This document shows, piece by piece, positions 1-8,616 of a stretch of 64,000 bases of DNA. Both the position numbers and the translations under genes were made by a program. The notes under the pieces were generated by a model, which saw only the letters and a program-made list of their open reading frames with translations, searched no databases and was not told where the DNA came from. Location of the stretch: assembly GCA_043826565.1 (NCBI GenBank), contig JBDRPX010000033.1:21268-85267 (forward strand). The letters are read 5' to 3'. This DNA is from Candidatus Omnitrophota bacterium (GTDB taxonomy: Bacteria; Omnitrophota; Gorgyraeia; B26-G9). The stretch's first letter is position 1; every line of letters begins with the position of its first letter.

Positions 1-466
1 CCCCTTCGGTAATTCTAATAGCTATATCTATCCAGGATAAATCATAATAAACCAACTTAACCTGCTTGATGATTTCCATTTTAACTGCTTCATACTGTTT
101 TTCCATACTTTGAGCCTGTGCGGTTTTCACATTCTTTTTCGATTTAAGCTTTCCGGGAAACGGAACTTTCTGGGAAATACCGAACTTCTGCTCCTGAGGA
201 CCAACTCTGGTCTGGACATTTTTACCGAAATAACCATAGGATAACATCGGATCCGGAAGACTGGACTCTTGCGCCGCTTTATATTCAACAGCTTTCCATT
301 TACTGTAAACTGCCTGTATCCGAGGATTATTCTGAACCGCTTCATCTATTAATGCCGAGAGCTCTGTCGAACCAGCCGGCAAAGATGCCGCATAAGACGC
401 TAATATACTGGTTCCCGAAAGCAAAAACCCGAGAAAAACCGCTATATATTTTACCCCTGTCTTCAT
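1..466 (-). CDS. TolC/CusC-family outer-membrane efflux protein (partial, runs off window)
   Basis: Not in ORF track. Manual translation from ATG at 466: MKTGVKYIAVFLGFLLSGTSILASYA...LIDEAVQNNPRIQA...SLPDPMLSYGY...GISQKVPFPGKL, i.e. a signal peptide plus the typical outer-membrane efflux N-terminal pattern. Directly downstream of the CsoR-family gene. Confidence 0.8.
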   Translation of the reverse strand, partial: MKTGVKYIAVFLGFLLSGTSILASYAASLPAGSTELSALIDEAVQNNPRIQAVYSKWKAVEYKAAQESSLPDPMLSYGYFGKNVQTRVGPQEQKFGISQKVPFPGKLKSKKNVKTAQAQSMEKQYEAVKMEIIKQVKLVYYDLSWIDIAIRITEG

Positions 467-483
467 TTTCTTCCCTTTTTTTA

Positions 484-765
484 CTATATCTTACGCGAAC
501 GCCTCAATAAAACTAAAACCTCTTCAAGTTTTTCCTGCCGAACCTTAAGGGAGTCCCCGCTAATAGCTTTAGTGATACAATTTTCAAAATGCGTTTCCAG
601 GATTTTATCTTCTATTCTCGCTAAAGCCCCCCTAACCGCGTGAACCTGAGTAAGGATATCCACGCAATATTCCTTGTTTTCAATCATCTTCGCAATTCCC
701 CGCACCTGCCCTTCAATCCGGCGTAATGCCGGTAAATTTTTTTCATGAGCTGGATTTATCGCCAT
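484..765 (-). CDS. CsoR/RcnR-family metal-sensing repressor
   Basis: LRRIEGQVRGI...EYCVDILTQ...HFENC with the Cys/His/Cys metal ligands. ATG at 765 preferred over GTG at 774 from SD spacing. Confidence 0.9.
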   Translation of the reverse strand: MAINPAHEKNLPALRRIEGQVRGIAKMIENKEYCVDILTQVHAVRGALARIEDKILETHFENCITKAISGDSLKVRQEKLEEVLVLLRRSRKI

Positions 766-789
766 ATCTCGCACCCCCTTCCTACCTCA

Positions 790-819
790 AGTATACCATA
801 CCCCCCTATGGTATGTCAA
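790..819 (-). promoter_or_regulatory. Sigma70 promoter overlapped by CsoR-type operator
   Basis: Minus strand TTGACA(819-814)-N18-TATACT(795-790). Palindrome ATACCATA-CCCCCC-TATGGTAT at 793-814 is a C-tract flanked by AT-rich inverted repeats, the CsoR/RcnR operator architecture. Confidence 0.85.
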
Positions 820-834
820 GCGGTAAAAAAATTA

Positions 835-1353
835 TTACTTTTTAAAGCGAAAGCTTTGTACACAGTCTTTAACTACCGGCATGCAGTTCGTCAGGGTTTC
901 CTCATCGGCTGAGAAATTAATAATATAGATCCAGCCCTCTTTTTCCAGATAATAATTAAGCGTCTTAACATAGGTTACCTTACCTTCGATCATTTGCTGA
1001 TCCCGCTTAATCTCCCAAAACCCCTTAACCTCATCTATTTCTGCTTTCCCCCGGGCTTCGATGATCCCTTTACCGTATAAATCATCACGTTCTGCCTCTT
1101 GGATATATTCTTTAAGGGTCTTATCCTGGGGAAATCTAAGAACCATTATTTTAATTACAGCTTTTCTGTCGGGATTTTCTAATGTCAGCATCGCGCCCAC
1201 TGTTCTTCGGCCCTGCCAGCCTTGCGGAAGTTTCATCGAAAATAAATTGCCCGGGCTGGAATATCTTCCCGGTTCCGGGGGCTCTGTGCAGCCGTTAAGG
1301 CCGATTAAGACAATCAGCGCAATTACATAAATAACTAGGTGTTTTTTTCGCAT
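835..1353 (-). CDS. PsbP/DcrB-like lipoprotein
   Basis: Lipobox LNGC, FSMKLPQGW motif, C-terminal SFRF; size and pattern typical of the PsbP-like fold. Confidence 0.6.
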   Translation of the reverse strand: MRKKHLVIYVIALIVLIGLNGCTEPPEPGRYSSPGNLFSMKLPQGWQGRRTVGAMLTLENPDRKAVIKIMVLRFPQDKTLKEYIQEAERDDLYGKGIIEARGKAEIDEVKGFWEIKRDQQMIEGKVTYVKTLNYYLEKEGWIYIINFSADEETLTNCMPVVKDCVQSFRFKK

Positions 1354-1377
1354 GGTTAATTTTCCTGTCCCGGAAAA

Positions 1378-2394
1378 TCACTTCCCCCGATTAAACGCTA
1401 AATTTACTATTTTTTCGATAAGCTTATTATAAGAAATCCCGGCTTTTTCCGCGGACTGCCCAACCTCGTCATCTTTAGCTAAACACGGATTAGCATTAGC
1501 CTCTAAAATATATACCCGGCCTTGCGCAGTAACTCTTATATCAAACCGGGCATAGCAATCCATATTTAAAGCCCGATAAGCCCGTTTGCAAATATCTTCG
1601 ATTTTTTCCCCAACCCCATTGGGTAATTTTCCGGCAAATACGTTTTTAATTCCCCATTTTTCCCGATATTTCAAATCCCATTTTGCCTTATAGGTAGCGA
1701 TTCGCGGTTCATCATCCGGTATATTTCCAAATTTCACTTCTCGCGGAGGCAGCACCTTAATCCGTTTATTCCCGATCACACCGACATACAACTCTCGGCC
1801 TTCGATATACTCTTCCACTATCGCGTCCTTAGACATGTTCTCATGAATAAACTTTACTCTCTCTAAGAAAGATCCTTCATTATCGACTATCGAAGCTAAA
1901 GATATACCGCGGGAAGCTTCTTCGGATAATGGTTTTACGATCAAGGGAAGTTTTAACCGCTTGGGCAGCCAAACACGGTATTTCCGGTAAAACGTTTGAA
2001 ATCTCGGCCCCCGGATCCTATGAAAACTCATTATCTTCTTACTTAACGCCTTATTATTGCAAATCATCAGAGAATCCGGAGAAGCCCCGGTATAAGGAAC
2101 ATCCAGTAACTCCAGTAATCCGGCAAAATTTTTATCTAAGTGACTTTCCTGTCTAAACACCTCGGTCAGATTAAAAATCAAATCCGGCTTATTTTCTTTA
2201 ATTTCTTCAATAAGCGGATTTATATCATTATGGATACCCAGAAGTTGTACCTTATGACCGTTTTCGCAAAGAGTTTTATACACATGGTCTTCGGTGTTCC
2301 AGCTTTCATCCTTGAATTCCTCGGTAAAATCATGCCCGCGCTGTGTAACATATGGAGTATCAAAAACCTGAAGTATTTTAAGTTTTTTTCCCAT
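1378..2394 (-). CDS. D-alanine--D-alanine ligase-like ATP-grasp protein
   Basis: PYTG, NKALSK, PLIVKP..EEAS.GI, EEYIEGRE, ARFDIR, LEANANP ATP-grasp motifs. The N-terminus lacks the canonical Ddl GG.S.E motif. Confidence 0.85.
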   Translation of the reverse strand: MGKKLKILQVFDTPYVTQRGHDFTEEFKDESWNTEDHVYKTLCENGHKVQLLGIHNDINPLIEEIKENKPDLIFNLTEVFRQESHLDKNFAGLLELLDVPYTGASPDSLMICNNKALSKKIMSFHRIRGPRFQTFYRKYRVWLPKRLKLPLIVKPLSEEASRGISLASIVDNEGSFLERVKFIHENMSKDAIVEEYIEGRELYVGVIGNKRIKVLPPREVKFGNIPDDEPRIATYKAKWDLKYREKWGIKNVFAGKLPNGVGEKIEDICKRAYRALNMDCYARFDIRVTAQGRVYILEANANPCLAKDDEVGQSAEKAGISYNKLIEKIVNLAFNRGK

Positions 2395-3415
2395 TTTTTC
2401 CGCGCAACCTCCCTGTATACATATAGTTCATGATCAATGTCGCGACATACGTAGAAATTCTTAACACCGCTACAGCTTCCGGATCTGCGAATACCAGTTT
2501 AAGTTCTTTACATCTGGTTATTAATGTCTGCAATAAGTCATCAATAAGATACTTCTTTTCCCCGGTCCAGGTATATACACTAATTATAATATACCTTCTG
2601 AACTTTTTTATCAACTCATAAGCTAAGGCCGGCGATTTTACATCTTCGGCTTTTTCGGTAAAGATCCTCCTTAAATTAACATCATGAAAATCGGGAAAAT
2701 CTTCCGCGTAAAAATGACGCTTCTTTTTGTAGTAGTTGCTAAGACTGGTTTTTAACCGCGAAGCCTGCCAATATTTCCGGCCCTGCTTAATTTTCGGTTG
2801 AGCATCTTTAATTTCAGACATCAACACCTCAACATATTTAAGCTTTTTCAGGGCTTTCCATCCTTTATACCGGAGAGCCCAGTCAGAGTCAGACGTAAGC
2901 CATACCGCAAAAGTTTCCGCGAAATCCTCATCCGGATGATATTGCGCATAATAATCTTCTAAGTGTCGGACAAAATTTCTGCTATACGGCCGGTATTTGT
3001 AAGTATCGTTGTATTCTTTGGTAAATAACCCGAATATCTGATGCCATTTTTTTCGGCGATGTAATTTATAAGCATAATTAATGGCGTGGCCGGCCTCATG
3101 CCGCAGGAGTTTCATGCACCATTGCTTTGTGCCTCCTTCGACATCAAGCATTGTTTTCTTTTCTAATTTAATAAGCGCGGGGTGAGCTAAAAAGAAAGGA
3201 ATCCCGATTACCGGTTCTCCGTCCGGAGCAAGCCATTCATCAGCAAGATAGCAAACAGGCTTAAACTGTATGCCTTTAGCCTGGAGCTCTTCATATAAAT
3301 AATTCACACACTCTTGCAGCCAAGTACCTTCAATAGTTAAAGGTAATTCACAGATCTTTAGCTTCAGTAATTCCTCTTCAGGTATTTGGGCTAAATCTAT
3401 AATTGTTTTTAGCAT
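2378..3415 (-). CDS. Putative zinc-binding (zincin-like) metallopeptidase
   Basis: HEAGH zinc motif plus YAQYHPDEDFAETF third-ligand motif; overlaps the ATP-grasp gene by 17 nt. Confidence 0.8.
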   Translation of the reverse strand: MLKTIIDLAQIPEEELLKLKICELPLTIEGTWLQECVNYLYEELQAKGIQFKPVCYLADEWLAPDGEPVIGIPFFLAHPALIKLEKKTMLDVEGGTKQWCMKLLRHEAGHAINYAYKLHRRKKWHQIFGLFTKEYNDTYKYRPYSRNFVRHLEDYYAQYHPDEDFAETFAVWLTSDSDWALRYKGWKALKKLKYVEVLMSEIKDAQPKIKQGRKYWQASRLKTSLSNYYKKKRHFYAEDFPDFHDVNLRRIFTEKAEDVKSPALAYELIKKFRRYIIISVYTWTGEKKYLIDDLLQTLITRCKELKLVFADPEAVAVLRISTYVATLIMNYMYTGRLRGKNGKKT

Positions 3416-3458
3416 AATCTTATTATACCCCTAAACAAGATTTAGAAAATATAAAATT

Positions 3459-3534
3459 GTAGGGGCGCCGCTTGCCTGCGCCCGTGACAGATGAATTTAA
3501 TATTATTACGGGCGGACACGAGGGCCGCCCCTAC
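3459..3534. repeat. Inverted doublet of GTAG-type REP elements (REPIN-like)
   Basis: GTAGGGGCG..CGCCC (3459-3483) and GGGCGG..CCGCCCCTAC (3510-3534) in inverted orientation. Confidence 0.75.
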
Positions 3535-4441
3535 ATCCCTGCCTTGTTCCTCGTTTCTGGAACTCATCTTCAATATCCTGCCGGACCTTATGCTTTTGGT
3601 TTATCCATTCCGGAGCAATTAAAACATCCTTGTTCGCATCCGATACCAGCCGCATAACTACACATTTAGGTGAAAGCCTTTCTAAAAAATCACAAGCCAG
3701 CTGAACATATTCATCCGATTCTAATAATTGTATCTTCCCCTCTTTATATTGTTCCTGCAGTTTCGTATCCCGCAATACATGCAGTACATGCAGTTTAACA
3801 CCATCTATAGGAAGAGTCGAAAGCACATCCGCGGTTTCCATTATTTCTTCTTTAGATTCTCCGGGAAGCCCCAAAATAACATGCACCCCGATCTTTATCC
3901 GGCGTTTTGCGGTCTGCTCTATTGCCTCCAAAAACTGCATCGTAGAATGCAGGCGGTTAATTGTTTTTAATGTTTTTTCATGAATACTCTGCAATCCATA
4001 TTCAATCCAAACGTCATATGCGCCGGCATATGTATCGATTAAATCCAGCTTAGCTTTATCAATACAATCCGGCCGGGTAGAAATAGTCAGGCCGACTATA
4101 TCCGGGAACTTTTTTATCACATCATATGTCTGGCGCAAGGTATCAACATCAGCATAAGTATTGGAAGCATTTTGAAAATAGGCGATGAACTTTTCCGCTT
4201 TAAACCGCTCACGAATAAAGCCCATTGATGTCGCGATCTGTTCTTCAATTGACGGATACACACCGGTGTAATGGCTAAACCCCTCTTCATTACAAAAAAT
4301 ACATCCCTGGTCACTTAATGTTCCGTCCCGGTTAGGACAGCTAAACCCGGCATTAATACTGATCCGGTGCACCCGCACCCCAAAGCGCTGACGCAGATAT
4401 TCGCTAAACGAATAATAATAGGTTTTATTCTTTTCATCCAT
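3506..4441 (-). CDS. TIGR01212-family (YhcC/YtqA-like) radical SAM protein
   Basis: GFSCPNRDG..GCIFC, AYFQ, STRPDC, EYGLQS, HVILGLPGE, GVKLH motifs. Confidence 0.9.
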   Translation of the reverse strand: MDEKNKTYYYSFSEYLRQRFGVRVHRISINAGFSCPNRDGTLSDQGCIFCNEEGFSHYTGVYPSIEEQIATSMGFIRERFKAEKFIAYFQNASNTYADVDTLRQTYDVIKKFPDIVGLTISTRPDCIDKAKLDLIDTYAGAYDVWIEYGLQSIHEKTLKTINRLHSTMQFLEAIEQTAKRRIKIGVHVILGLPGESKEEIMETADVLSTLPIDGVKLHVLHVLRDTKLQEQYKEGKIQLLESDEYVQLACDFLERLSPKCVVMRLVSDANKDVLIAPEWINQKHKVRQDIEDEFQKRGTRQGCRGGPRVRP

Positions 4442-4460
4442 TATATTTGATCTTTCCGGC

Positions 4461-5240
4461 TTATAAGGCTGACCAAAATGTTTTCCAGGGGAAATTTTTA
4501 CCGGGACATTCAGTCTGGGCTCCCTCTACCTGCCCGTGACCGAGGATATTTTTGCGGGATATATTATAGTATTGTTTCAATTGTCTGACTAAACTTACAA
4601 GTGAATCCATCTGCTTTTTAGATACACTATCTTTATTGAAATTACCCACCAGACAGATACCGATCGCTTTGCTATTCATTCCTGCGGCTTTACAATGCGC
4701 GCCATCCTGCTGTTTAAGCCAGCGCGGAGAGGTCTCGATCTGCCCGTCACCTTTTCCGCTGGTTCCATTATCAATGACAAAATCGTAGCCCAGGCTCTGC
4801 CATCCTTTTTGCGTATGCCCTTTATGGAATTGTAAAGCTCCGCCGGCATCGGTAGCACTGTGATGAATAATTATATATTTCCATTTATTAGATGGGTATA
4901 GAGTTATTACCGGTTTAACCGGGCAAGCCCTGGGCACAGACAAGCGCTGGCCCATTTCCAGAGAATTTTGATCTTTCAAATTGTTTGCCCGGACAATATC
5001 TTTAATTTCCACATCATACATTTTGCTGATCCGCCATACTGTCTCTCCCGGAGCGACCACATGGACAATATCACAGCGTCCGGCCGGTGCCGAAGGCGGA
5101 AGAATAACATTACGCAGCCCGGGGGTGGTACTGGGTACTGGGGTAGTCATTACCGGACGAACCGGTGCTCGGGCACAAGAACTTAAACTGATGGCAAGAA
5201 AAAATAAAAATACCGCTGTTAAAATTTTTTTCATATGCAA
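4461..5240 (-). CDS. LysM-domain N-acetylmuramoyl-L-alanine amidase lipoprotein
   Basis: Lipobox LSSC, LysM (HVVAPGETVWRISKMY), Amidase_2 motifs IIIHHSAT, GAHC, IGICLVGNF, GH..TECPG. Confidence 0.85.
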   Translation of the reverse strand: MHMKKILTAVFLFFLAISLSSCARAPVRPVMTTPVPSTTPGLRNVILPPSAPAGRCDIVHVVAPGETVWRISKMYDVEIKDIVRANNLKDQNSLEMGQRLSVPRACPVKPVITLYPSNKWKYIIIHHSATDAGGALQFHKGHTQKGWQSLGYDFVIDNGTSGKGDGQIETSPRWLKQQDGAHCKAAGMNSKAIGICLVGNFNKDSVSKKQMDSLVSLVRQLKQYYNISRKNILGHGQVEGAQTECPGKNFPWKTFWSAL

Positions 5241-5535
5241 TATAATATCAACATATTATCATTTATTCAATACTTAATATTGTTATACATGAAAAATGAA
5301 AGTTGAAAATTGATAATTGTAAAAAATATAAACTTATTTTTTTAAACACATGTATTTTAGAACTATTTACGATTTTAATAAAAAAATGGCGTTAAGAAAA
5401 TCGACGAGCCCGTCAGGCCGGGAGACGATTTTTAGATATTTTTTTATGTTCGCAAGAAAAATCGTACTTGAGTGAAAAAATATATGTGTTAAAATCGCTT
5501 TAATTATATACTTCGGGAAATACGCTATATCGTTA

Positions 5536-7611
5536 CTACTGCAGTCCAAAAAGCCTCCCGCCCTGATAAATAATAAAAGAAGCGATCCAGGCAACCAGTG
5601 TAGTATAAAATACCGCAAAGAGTGCCCACCCCCAGGATTGAGTTTCCTGTTTTACTGCTCCAACAGTCGCCACGCAAGGAATGTATAGCAAAATAAAAAC
5701 CATTAATGAATAGGCAACTAAAGGAGTGAATAATTTACTCCCGTCATCACGGGTAGCTTTCTTCAGCTCCTCACGCAATATATCCGCTTCCCCGCATAAT
5801 TCTCCGACAGAATAAAGCGTACCCAAGGTCCCCACAACTATCTCTTTGCCGACTACTCCGCTAACCAAAGCCACCGCGATCTTCCACTCGCCAAAACCCA
5901 GCGGCTTAAAAACCGGGGCCACTGCCTTACCCATTCTGCCGGCATAACTATTTTCCATTTTCTCATAAGCATTAAGATTTGCTCCGGCTAAGGGAAAGTT
6001 ACTCAAAAACCAGATCAATACACAACCGGCAAAGATAATTGTCCCGGCTTTTTTCAAATACAAAACCGCCCGGTCCCAGGTATGGATAAGCAGCCCCTTT
6101 AAGGCCGGGATCCGGTACGGCGGCAATTCCATAACAAAAGGCGCGGCTTCTCCGCGGAATAAATATTTGCGGAAAATTTTAGCGACAATGATCGCGACGA
6201 CAATCCCGAGGACATACAGCGAAAACAAAATATTCCCGGCGATCTTTTCCGAAAAAAAAGCTCCGATAAATAAAGTATATACCGGAAGCCGCGCGCCGCA
6301 GCTCATAAATGAATTTACCAGAATGGTCACGATCCGGTCTCTTCTGTCCTCAATTGCCCGCGCCGCCATAATTGCCGGGACATTACAGCCAAATCCCAGC
6401 AGCATCGGGATAAAGGACCGTCCGTGCAGCCCGATCTTATGCATAAGATCATCCATAATAAAAGCCGCCCGGGCCATATATCCGGAATATTCTAAAAGTG
6501 ACATGGCAAAATACATTAATAAAATAACCGGCAGAAAGACCAGCACACTGCCTACGCCGCCGATTATCCCGTCGACAAACAAAGAACGGATCGCACTGCC
6601 GGCCGGCAAAAATCCTCCGACAAGACTAGCCAATCCTTCCTGCAGTAATTCAATAACATTCATTAAAGGCCGGCTAAGCGAAAACGTAAATTTAAACACC
6701 AGCCACATCGCCGCTAAAAATATCGGTAAGCCTAAAACTTTATTTATAAGGATCTTATCAATACTATCGGAAACAGTATGCCTGGTTTCAAATGTTTTTC
6801 GGATAGCTTCTGAACAGGCACCGCTAATAAACCCATACCTGCCGTCGGCAATAATAGCCTCGGGATTATCATTAAAAATAGTACGCAAATGCTCCACACT
6901 TTTTTTGATCTGTTCTTTCAGTTGCTCCGCGTAAGATTTTTTGCTGATCTTTTTAATAATCTCTTCATCTTCTTCTAACAACTTAAGTGCCAGCCAACCG
7001 GTGAGATATTTTTTTGTTAATTCTTCATCCTGTATCAGAATACTTTTTATTTTCTCTAACTCTTCCTGAACTTCGGCCCCATATCCTATCGGTATCGGCC
7101 AGGATTCTTCTTTATGCTCTACATAGTCAATAACCGCGTCCAGTAATTCATCCATGCCTTTTTTCTTAGAAGCCACGGTCAAGACGATCCGGCTGCCGAA
7201 AAGTTCTGATAAACGATTCACATCAATTGCCAGGCCCTGCTGCTGCGCCATATCATACATATTAAAAGCTAAGATCAGCGGAGCCCCCAACTCGAGAAAC
7301 TGTGTGGAAAGATATAAATTCCTCTCCAGATTAGAACAATCAATGACATTAACCACAACATCCGGCTTTTCTTCAATAACAAAATTACGGGCGATTACCT
7401 CATCTAAAGACTGAGCAGTCAGACTATATGTTCCGGGAAGGTCGACAATATTAATACTATATCCTTTATATTCAAGAATACCTTCAAATTTTTCTACAGT
7501 AACCCCGGAATAATTTCCGATCTTCTGTCTAAATCCGGTAAGATTATTAAATATCGTTGTCTTCCCGGAATTAGGATTTCCGGCTAAAGCAATTGTAATT
7601 TTTCTGGACAT
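5536..7611 (-). CDS. feoB: Ferrous iron transporter B
   Basis: GNPNSGKT, DLPGTYSL, LERNLYL, GFGCNVPA, MELPPY, PCVAT. Confidence 0.97.
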   Translation of the reverse strand: MSRKITIALAGNPNSGKTTIFNNLTGFRQKIGNYSGVTVEKFEGILEYKGYSINIVDLPGTYSLTAQSLDEVIARNFVIEEKPDVVVNVIDCSNLERNLYLSTQFLELGAPLILAFNMYDMAQQQGLAIDVNRLSELFGSRIVLTVASKKKGMDELLDAVIDYVEHKEESWPIPIGYGAEVQEELEKIKSILIQDEELTKKYLTGWLALKLLEEDEEIIKKISKKSYAEQLKEQIKKSVEHLRTIFNDNPEAIIADGRYGFISGACSEAIRKTFETRHTVSDSIDKILINKVLGLPIFLAAMWLVFKFTFSLSRPLMNVIELLQEGLASLVGGFLPAGSAIRSLFVDGIIGGVGSVLVFLPVILLMYFAMSLLEYSGYMARAAFIMDDLMHKIGLHGRSFIPMLLGFGCNVPAIMAARAIEDRRDRIVTILVNSFMSCGARLPVYTLFIGAFFSEKIAGNILFSLYVLGIVVAIIVAKIFRKYLFRGEAAPFVMELPPYRIPALKGLLIHTWDRAVLYLKKAGTIIFAGCVLIWFLSNFPLAGANLNAYEKMENSYAGRMGKAVAPVFKPLGFGEWKIAVALVSGVVGKEIVVGTLGTLYSVGELCGEADILREELKKATRDDGSKLFTPLVAYSLMVFILLYIPCVATVGAVKQETQSWGWALFAVFYTTLVAWIASFIIYQGGRLFGLQ

Positions 7612-7612
7612 T

Positions 7613-7849
7613 TTAAACCTCTTTTACCATAATCCTATTGGCCATACCATGCCCCAGCATTAGCCTTGTATTATGCACCCGGATTACACACGCTCCCCGG
7701 CCATGAGAATGCAATACTTTGAATCTTACCCCCTGATTAAGCCCCATATCCGTAAGTCTTTTTCTTACCCCCTGGCCGCCCTCAACACCGGCTAAGGTAA
7801 CCTCCTGGCCTTCCGGGATTTTTAGTAACGGAATTAACTCTTCTTTCAT
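7613..7849 (-). CDS. feoA: Ferrous iron transport protein A
   Basis: 78 aa, RKRLTDMGL motif, immediately upstream of feoB. Confidence 0.92.
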   Translation of the reverse strand: MKEELIPLLKIPEGQEVTLAGVEGGQGVRKRLTDMGLNQGVRFKVLHSHGRGACVIRVHNTRLMLGHGMANRIMVKEV

Positions 7850-7996
7850 CTATCTGACCTCACCTTAATGTAAAAACCGAAAATTGAATATTGATAATTG
7901 AAAGTTGGAAAACAACTTCCTACTATAAACTTTCAACCCTCATTTGTGCTTTCTGTTTTCTGTCTTCTATCTTTCATTTTAATGATTATTAATTAT

Positions 7997-8467
7997 TTAA
8001 CTTTTTTCCCGCTGCTTGCCTGTTTTTGAATAATAATCAAAATTCTTCAGCCACTGGGGCCTTTCCCCGTCAGAACACCCTTCGACAAATTCAATAAGCT
8101 TAGTTAGTTTTTCATGAGTCTGCTGGCTTATCGCGTGCTCCATGCGGCAAGCATCTTTTGTGGCTATTTTCTTATCGATCCCCAGCACCTCATCCAAAAA
8201 CTTGATCAGCATATCATGGCGTTTCTTAACATCCTGCGCCACAATTTCCCCTTCCGGAGTAAGATCAACATATCCATAACGTTCATGGATCACCAATCCG
8301 CTTTGCGTAAGCATATTCAAAGCGCTGGTCACACTGGGTTTTTTTACTTTCATAAAAAGGCTTATATCCTTAACCCGGGCCACGCCGTTGTTTTTTTTCA
8401 GGAAAACAATCGACTCCAGATAGTCTTCCATATTCGCGCTTAAACGTCTCTCATTTTTTTTCTTCAT
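7997..8467 (-). CDS. DtxR/MntR-family metal-dependent transcriptional regulator
   Basis: MEDYLE, ARVKDIS..VKKPSVT helix-turn-helix, RH, DACRMEHAIS. Confidence 0.92.
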   Translation of the reverse strand: MKKKNERRLSANMEDYLESIVFLKKNNGVARVKDISLFMKVKKPSVTSALNMLTQSGLVIHERYGYVDLTPEGEIVAQDVKKRHDMLIKFLDEVLGIDKKIATKDACRMEHAISQQTHEKLTKLIEFVEGCSDGERPQWLKNFDYYSKTGKQREKS

Positions 8468-8503
8468 TAGCCATCCTGCAATTAAGTTAGCTTTACCTTC
8501 CTC

Positions 8504-8541
8504 TGTTAGATAAGTCTAACATATTTTGCGCTATTTGTCAA
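8504..8541 (-). promoter_or_regulatory. Promoter of dtxR-feoAB with DtxR-like palindromic operator
   Basis: TTGACA(8541-8536)-N17-TAGACT(8518-8513). Palindrome TGTTAGA-TAAG-TCTAACA (8504-8521) overlaps the -10. Confidence 0.7.
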
Positions 8542-8587
8542 GGCAGAAAATTAAAGCGCCATATTCAAACACTCACATTCTCAAAAC

Positions 8588-8616
8588 CGGTTCATCCCCA
8601 CGCATGTGGGGAACAA
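8588..8616 (-). repeat. Solitary type I-E-like CRISPR repeat
   Basis: Minus strand TTGTTCCCCACATGCGTGGGGATGAACCG matches the 29-nt I-E pattern GTGTTCCCC-hairpin-GGGGATRAACCG. No second copy was seen; it abuts the I-C array. Confidence 0.8.

Noticed and set aside
127-345. 72-aa ORF in the track
   Set aside because: Alternative frame inside the TolC-family gene that starts at 466.
5367-5618. 83-aa ORF overlapping the feoB end
   Set aside because: Out-of-frame overlap running through a hairpin element; no recognisable motif.
8556-8587. Sequence after the I-E repeat as a guide repressing the cas promoter (partial GTTTTGA.AATG similarity near 17853-17865)
   Set aside because: Only about 11 nt with a gap and no convincing PAM; expected by chance in AT-rich DNA.
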